Positions 57,772 through 64,000 of a stretch of DNA of 64,000 bases are shown one piece after another (position 1 is the stretch's first letter; every line of letters starts with the position of its first letter). The DNA is from the human T2T-CHM13v2.0 reference genome, Homo sapiens. The DNA lies in assembly GCF_009914755.1 (NCBI RefSeq), contig NC_060948.1. One strand, 5' to 3'. Made by a program: the position numbers and the translations under genes. Below the pieces are notes generated by a model that saw only the letters and a program-made list of their open reading frames with translations, had not been told where the DNA came from and searched no databases.

Positions 57772-60700
57772 GGCCTGGAATAAAGTGGAATGCTACGGTC
57801 TCGAATGGAATAAAAATGTATGGAATGGAATGCAATGAAACGGAATCGAATGTCATAGAATGTAATGGAATGCAAAAAAATGGAATCCAAAATCATTGAC
57901 TGGAAAGGCTGGGTGTCGAAAGGAATTGACTCCAATGGAATGGAATCGAATGGAATGGAAGTGAATAGAATCGAACTAAATCGAATGGAATGGAATTGAT
58001 AGGAACGGAATGGAAAGGAATGCAATGATTTGGCATGGAATGGAATCGAATGGCATCGAATGGAATGGAATGGAATGCAATGGAATGGAATGTATTAGAA
58101 TGTAATGAACTTTAATGGAATGTACTCGAATGGATTCGACTGGAATGGAATGTTCTGGAAGTGAATGGACTCCAATGGAATGGATTCAAAAGGAATGGAA
58201 TCGTACGGAATGGAATCTAATGGAATGCAATTAAATGGAAATGAATCAAATTGAATAGCACGGAATTGAATTGAATGGAATGGAATGCAATGGAATCTAA
58301 TGAAACGGAAAGGAAAGGAATGGAATGGAATGGAATGGGCTGGAATGGAAAGGAATCGAAACGAATGGAATGGAATCGAACTGAAGAGACTGGAATGGAA
58401 TGCACTGGAATGGAAGGGAGTGTAATGGAAGGTTCTCGAAAAAAATGGAATTGAATGGAATGCAATTGAATGGAACGGAATAGAGTCGAATGGAATTGAA
58501 TGGAATGGAATGGACTAGAGTGAAATGGAATCGAACCACAAGGAATGGACAGGAATAGAATGGTCTCGAATTGAATGGAATCGTATGGAATGGCATCAAA
58601 CGGAATGGAATGGACAGCCACGGAATGGAATGCACTCGAATGCAATGGAGTCGAAACTAACGGACTGGAATAGAATGGAATCGACTGGTACGGACTCCAA
58701 TGGAATGGAATCGAATGGAAGGGAATCGAACGGAAGGGAATCGAACGGAATGGACTCGAAGGGAAAAGACTGCAATGGAAAGGTCTCGAATGGAATGGAA
58801 ATTAATGGAATGGAATGGAATCGAATGAAATGGAGTCAAAAGGAATGGAATCGAATGGCAAGAAATCGAATGTAATGGAATCGCAAGGAATTGATGTGAA
58901 CGGAACGGAATGGAATGGAATCCAAAGGAATGGAATAGAATGGAATGGAATCGAATGGAAAGGACTCGAATGGAAATCACTCGAATAGAATGCAATTTAA
59001 TAAAATAGGATCAAATGTAATGGAATGGAATGGAAAGGAATCGAAACGAAAGGAATGGAGACAGATGGAATGGAATGGAACAGAGAGCAATGGTATAGAA
59101 TGGAATGGAATCATCTGGAATGGAATTGAATGGAATGGAATGATATGAAATGGAATGGAATGGAATGGAATGGAATGCCCTTGAATTAAATGGACTGGAC
59201 TCGAACAGAGTGGAATGGAAAGTGTGGAGATAGAATGGAATGAACTCCTTTGGGATGGTCTAGTAGGCAATGCAATCGACTGGCAGGGAATCAAAAGGAA
59301 TGTAATCGAATGGATTGGACTGGAATGCAATGGACTCGAATAGATTGGAAACGGAATGCAAAGAATGGAATGGAATAGTATGGAATGGAATGGAAAGGAA
59401 TGGAGTGGAATAGACTAGAGTGGAATGGAATGGACTGGAAAGCAATGGACTGGAATGGAACTTTCTTGAATGGACTGGAATCAAACGGAATGGAATGCAA
59501 TGCAATCAAATGGCATGGAATAAAATAGAATGAAAGAGAATCAAATGGAATTGAATCGAATGGAATCGAATGGATTGGAAAGGAATAGAATGGAATGGAA
59601 TGGAATTGACTCAAATGGAATGGACTAGAATGGAATGGATTCGAATGGAAGGCAAAGGAATGGAATCTATTGGAATGGACTGTAATGGAATGGAATGGAA
59701 GGGATTGGAATGGACTCGAATGGAATGGACTGCAATAGAAAGGATTCGAATGGAATGAAAAAGAATTGAATGGAATAGAACAGAATGGAATCAAATCGAA
59801 TGAAATGGAATGGAATAGAAAGGAATGGAATGAAATGGAATGGAAAGGATTCGAATGGAATGCAATCGAATGGAATGGAATCGAACGGAATGGAATAAAA
59901 TGGAAGAAAACTGGCAAGAAATGGAATCGAAATGAATGGAGTGTTATGGAACGGACTCAAAAGGAATTGAATGTAATAGAATGGAGTGGAGTGGACTCGA
60001 ATATAATGGACTGGAATGGAATGAAATCACATGGAATGGGAACGAATGGAATGGAATGGAAAGGAATGGAATCGAATGGAAAGGAATCGAATGGAAGGGA
60101 ATGAAATTGAATCAACAGGAATGGAAGGGAATAGAATAGACGGTAATGGAATGGACTCGAATAGAATGGACACGAATGCTCAAATTGAATGGACTCGAAT
60201 GGAATGGAAACGAAAGGAATGTCATCGAATGGAATTGAATCGATTGGAATGAAATCGCATAGAATGGAGTGGAATCAAATGGAATTGAATCGAAAGGAAA
60301 GGAAGCGAATGGACTGAAATGAAATGGAATGGAATTGAATGGAAAGTAATGCAATGGAATAGAATGGAACGAAATTTCACGGAATGGAATCAAACTGAAT
60401 GGAATCAAATCAATGGAATCAAATCAAATGGAATGGAAAGGAATTGAATGGAGTAGATGGGATTGGATGGGATTGGAATGAAATGTACTGGAAAGGACTC
60501 GAATTTCATGAAACGGAATGGAATGAATTGGAACGGAATGGACTCGAATGGAATGGAATGTCATGGGATGGCATCAAATGGAATGGCATCAAATGGAATG
60601 GAATCGAATGCAATGGAATGCTATGGAATGGAATGGAATGCATTGGAATGGAATGTCCTCTAATGGAATGGATTCGAGTGGAATGGAATTGAATATAATG

Positions 60701-61329
60701 GAGTCGAATGAAATGGAATTGAAAGGAATGGGATCGAATACAATGGAATATACTGGAATGTAACGTAATGAACTCGAATGTAATTGACTGGAATGGAATG
60801 TACATGAATGGAATGTAATCGAATGGAAAGTAATCCAAAGGAATAGAATCTAATGCAATAAAATCGACTCAGATAGAGTAGAATGTAATGGAATGGAGTG
60901 CAGTGCAATGGAATGGAATGGAATGGAATGCAATGGAATGGAATGGAATGGAATGGAATGGAATGGGATGGAATGGTGTGGAATGGATAGTAATGGACTG
61001 GAGTGAAATGGACTGGAAAGGAATGGACTCAAATTGAAAGGTCTCGAAAGGAATGGAGTCAAATGGAATGGTCTGGAATGGAATGAACACGAATGTAATG
61101 CAACCCAATAGAATGGAATCGAATGGCATGGAATAGAAAGAAATGGAATCGAAGAGAATGGAAACAAATGGAATGGAATTGAATGGAATGGAATTGAATG
61201 GAATGGGAACGAATGGAGTGAAATTGTATGCAGTAGAAGAGAATAGAATGGAATGCAAGCGAAAGGAAAGGAATGGATTGGAATGGAATGGAATTCATTG
61301 GAATGGAAGGGAATGTAGTGTAATGGACA
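57772..61329. repeat. Unit H17, 3558 bp
   Basis: GGCC 57772 to 61330; 10-bp deletion near 59195. Confidence 0.88.
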
Positions 61330-64000
61330 GGCCTGGAATAAAGTGGAATGCTACGGTCTCGAATGGAATAAAAATGTATGGAATGGAATGCAATGAAACG
61401 GAATCGAATGTCATAGAATGTAATGGAATGCAAAAAAATGGAATCCAAAATCATTGACTGGAAAGGCTGGGTGTCGAAAGGAATTGACTCCAATGGAATG
61501 GAATCGAATGGAATGGAAGTGAATAGAATCGAACTAAATCGAATGGAATGGAATTGATAGGAACGGAATGGAAAGGAATGCAATGATTTGGCATGGAATG
61601 GAATCGAATGGCATCGAATGGAATGGAATGGAATGCAATGGAATGGAATGTATTAGAATGTAATGAACTTTAATGGAATGTACTCGAATGGATTCGACTG
61701 GAATGGAATGTTCTGGAAGTGAATGGACTCCAATGGAATGGATTCAAAAGGAATGGAATCGTACGGAATGGAATCTAATGGAATGCAATTAAATGGAAAT
61801 GAATCAAATTGAATAGCACGGAATTGAATTGAATGGAATGGAATGCAATGGAATCTAATGAAACGGAAAGGAAAGGAATGGAATGGAATGGAATGGGCTG
61901 GAATGGAAAGGAATCGAAACGAATGGAATGGAATCGAACTGAAGAGACTGGAATGGAATGCACTGGAATGGAAGGGAGTGTAATGGAAGGTTCTCGAAAA
62001 AAATGGAATCGAATGGAATGCAATTGAATGGAACGGAATAGAGTCGAATGGAATTGAATGGAATGGAATGGACTAGAGTGAAATGGAATCGAACCACAAG
62101 GAATGGACAGGAATAGAATGGTCTCGAATTGAATGGAATCGTATGGAATGGCATCAAACGGAATGGAATGGACAGCCACGGAATGGAATGCACTCGAATG
62201 CAATGGAGTCGAAACTAACGGACTGGAATAGAATGGACTCGACTGGTACGGACTCCAATGGAATGGAATCGAATGGAAGGGAATCGAACGGAAGGGAATC
62301 GAACGGAATGGACTCGAAGGGAAAAGACTGCAATGGAAAGGTCTCGAATGGAATGGAAATTAATGGAATGGAATGGAATCGAATGAAATGGAGTCAAAAG
62401 GAATGGAATCGAATGGCAAGAAATCGAATGTAATGGAATCGCAAGGAATTGATGTGAACGGAACGGAATGGAATGGAATCCAAAGGAATGGAATAGAATG
62501 GAATGGAATCGAATGGAAAGGACTCGAATGGAAATCACTCGAATAGAATGCAATTTAATAAAATAGGATCAAATGTAATGGAATGGAATGGAAAGGAATC
62601 GAAACGAAAGGAATGGAGACAGATGGAATGGAATGGAACAGAGAGCAATGGTATAGAATGGAATGGAATCATCTGGAATGGAATTGAATGGAATGGAATG
62701 ATATGAAATGGAATGGAATGGAATGGAATGGAATGCCCTTGAATTAAATGGACTGGACTCGAACAGAGTGGAATGGAAAGTGTGGAGATAGAATGGAATG
62801 AACTCCTTTGGGATGGTCTAGTAGGCAATGCAATCGACTGGCAGGGAATCAAAAGGAATGTAATCGAATGGATTGGACTGGAATGCAATGGACTCGAATA
62901 GATTGGAAACGGAATGCAAAGAATGGAATGGAATAGTATGGAATGGAATGGAAAGGAATGGAGTGGAATAGACTAGAGTGGAATGGAATGGACTGGAAAG
63001 CAATGGACTGGAATGGAACTTTCTTGAATGGACTGGAATCAAACGGAATGGAATGCAATGCAATCAAATGGCATGGAATAAAATAGAATGAAAGAGAATC
63101 AAATGGAATTGAATCGAATGGAATCGAATGGATTGGAAAGGAATAGAATGGAATGGAATGGAATTGACTCAAATGGAATGGACTAGAATGGAATGGATTC
63201 GAATGGAAGGCAAAGGAATGGAATCTATTGGAATGGACTGTAATGGAATGGAATGGAAGGGATTGGAATGGACTCGAATGGAATGGACTGCAATAGAAAG
63301 GATTCGAATGGAATGAAAAAGAATTGAATGGAATAGAACAGAATGGAATCAAATCGAATGAAATGGAATGGAATAGAAAGGAATGGAATGAAATGGAATG
63401 GAAAGGATTCGAATGGAATGCAATCGAATGGAATGGAATCGAACGGAATGGAATAAAATGGAAGAAAACTGGCAAGAAATGGAATCGAAATGAATGGAGT
63501 GTTATGGAACGGACTCAAAAGGAATTGAATGTAATAGAATGGAGTGGAGTGGACTCGAATATAATGGACTGGAATGGAATGAAATCACATGGAATGGGAA
63601 CGAATGGAATGGAATGGAAAGGAATGGAATCGAATGGAAAGGAATCGAATGGAAGGGAATGAAATTGAATCAACAGGAATGGAAGGGAATAGAATAGACG
63701 GTAATGGAATGGATTCGAATAGAATGGACACGAATGCTCAAATTGAATGGACTCGAATGGAATGGAAACGAAAGGAATGTCATCGAATGGAATTGAATCG
63801 ATTGGAATGAAATCGCATAGAATGGAGTGGAATCAAATGGAATTGAATCGAAAGGAAAGGAAGCGAATGGACTGAAATGAAATGGAATGGAATTGAATGG
63901 AAAGTAATGCAATGGAATAGAATGGAACGAAATTTCACGGAATGGAATCAAACTGAATGGAATCAAATCAATGGAATCAAATCAAATGGAATGGAAAGGA
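61330..64000. repeat. Partial unit H18 (3' edge)
   Basis: From GGCC at 61330 to the window end; near copy of H17. Confidence 0.85.

Larger units (their letters stand above)
1..64000. repeat. DYZ1: Human satellite 3 array, most likely DYZ1 (Yq12 heterochromatin, ~3.56 kb unit built from GGAAT/TTCCA pentamers)
   Basis: Seen: continuous degenerate GGAAT pentamers with CGAAT/TGAAT/GCAAT/GGACT variants. Distinctive motifs (acaggcctgg, ggctgggtgtcg, ggacagccacgg, gaagaaaactggcaag) recur every ~3.55 kb, with one GGCC per unit. Two units are exactly 3564 bp. Established: DYZ1 is a 3564-bp HaeIII/EcoRI-defined pentamer array. The chromosome assignment is inferred, not aligned. Confidence 0.93.

Noticed and set aside
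38-63966. Hundreds of ORFs of 60-313 aa (MEWNG-rich on +, FHSIP-rich on -)
   Set aside because: Pure (GGAAT)n and (ATTCC)n have no stop codon in any frame, so long ORFs are expected. The translations are just the pentamer's 5-residue cycle, overlap in multiple frames, and change length with every indel.
1-64000. CRISPR-like or coded repeat-spacer system
   Set aside because: There are no constant repeats separated by unique spacers and no cas-like genes. The variable parts are degenerate pentamers repeated in every unit.
1-64000. Inversion, Alu/L1 insertion or DYZ2 (AT-rich HSat1B) block
   Set aside because: I found no switch to ATTCC on the + strand, no poly-A tail or TSD, and no non-satellite insert. 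Unit spacing stays within 3513-3574 bp throughout.
1-64000. HSat2 or autosomal HSat3 (e.g. chr9) identity
   Set aside because: The CATTCGATTC/ATCAT-rich HSat2 pattern is absent. The ~3.56-kb period with a single HaeIII site fits DYZ1 better, though this is not confirmed by alignment.

Overview
The whole 64 kb window is one uninterrupted, single-orientation array of human satellite 3: degenerate (GGAAT)n on the + strand, (ATTCC/TTCCA)n on the - strand. It is organised as a ~3.55 kb tandem repeat with 17 complete units plus two partial ones. Each unit carries one HaeIII/StuI site (AGGCCT) and normally one EcoRI site 39 bp upstream. Two units are exactly 3564 bp, the classical length of the Y-chromosome DYZ1 (Yq12 heterochromatin) repeat, so this is very probably a DYZ1 block. 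I found no credible genes, RNA genes, transposons, inversions or DYZ2 blocks; all ORFs are artefacts of the pentamer. I found no new gene system. The informative content is the array's internal history: an older, heterogeneous mosaic domain (~1-27 kb) with one strongly diverged ~1.3 kb patch, a near-identical six-unit expansion (~29.3-50.6 kb), an AABB-patterned four-unit subfamily (~50.6-64 kb), a slippage-prone pure GGAAT tract, and recurrent 15-bp-type indels. All variant calls were made by eye.
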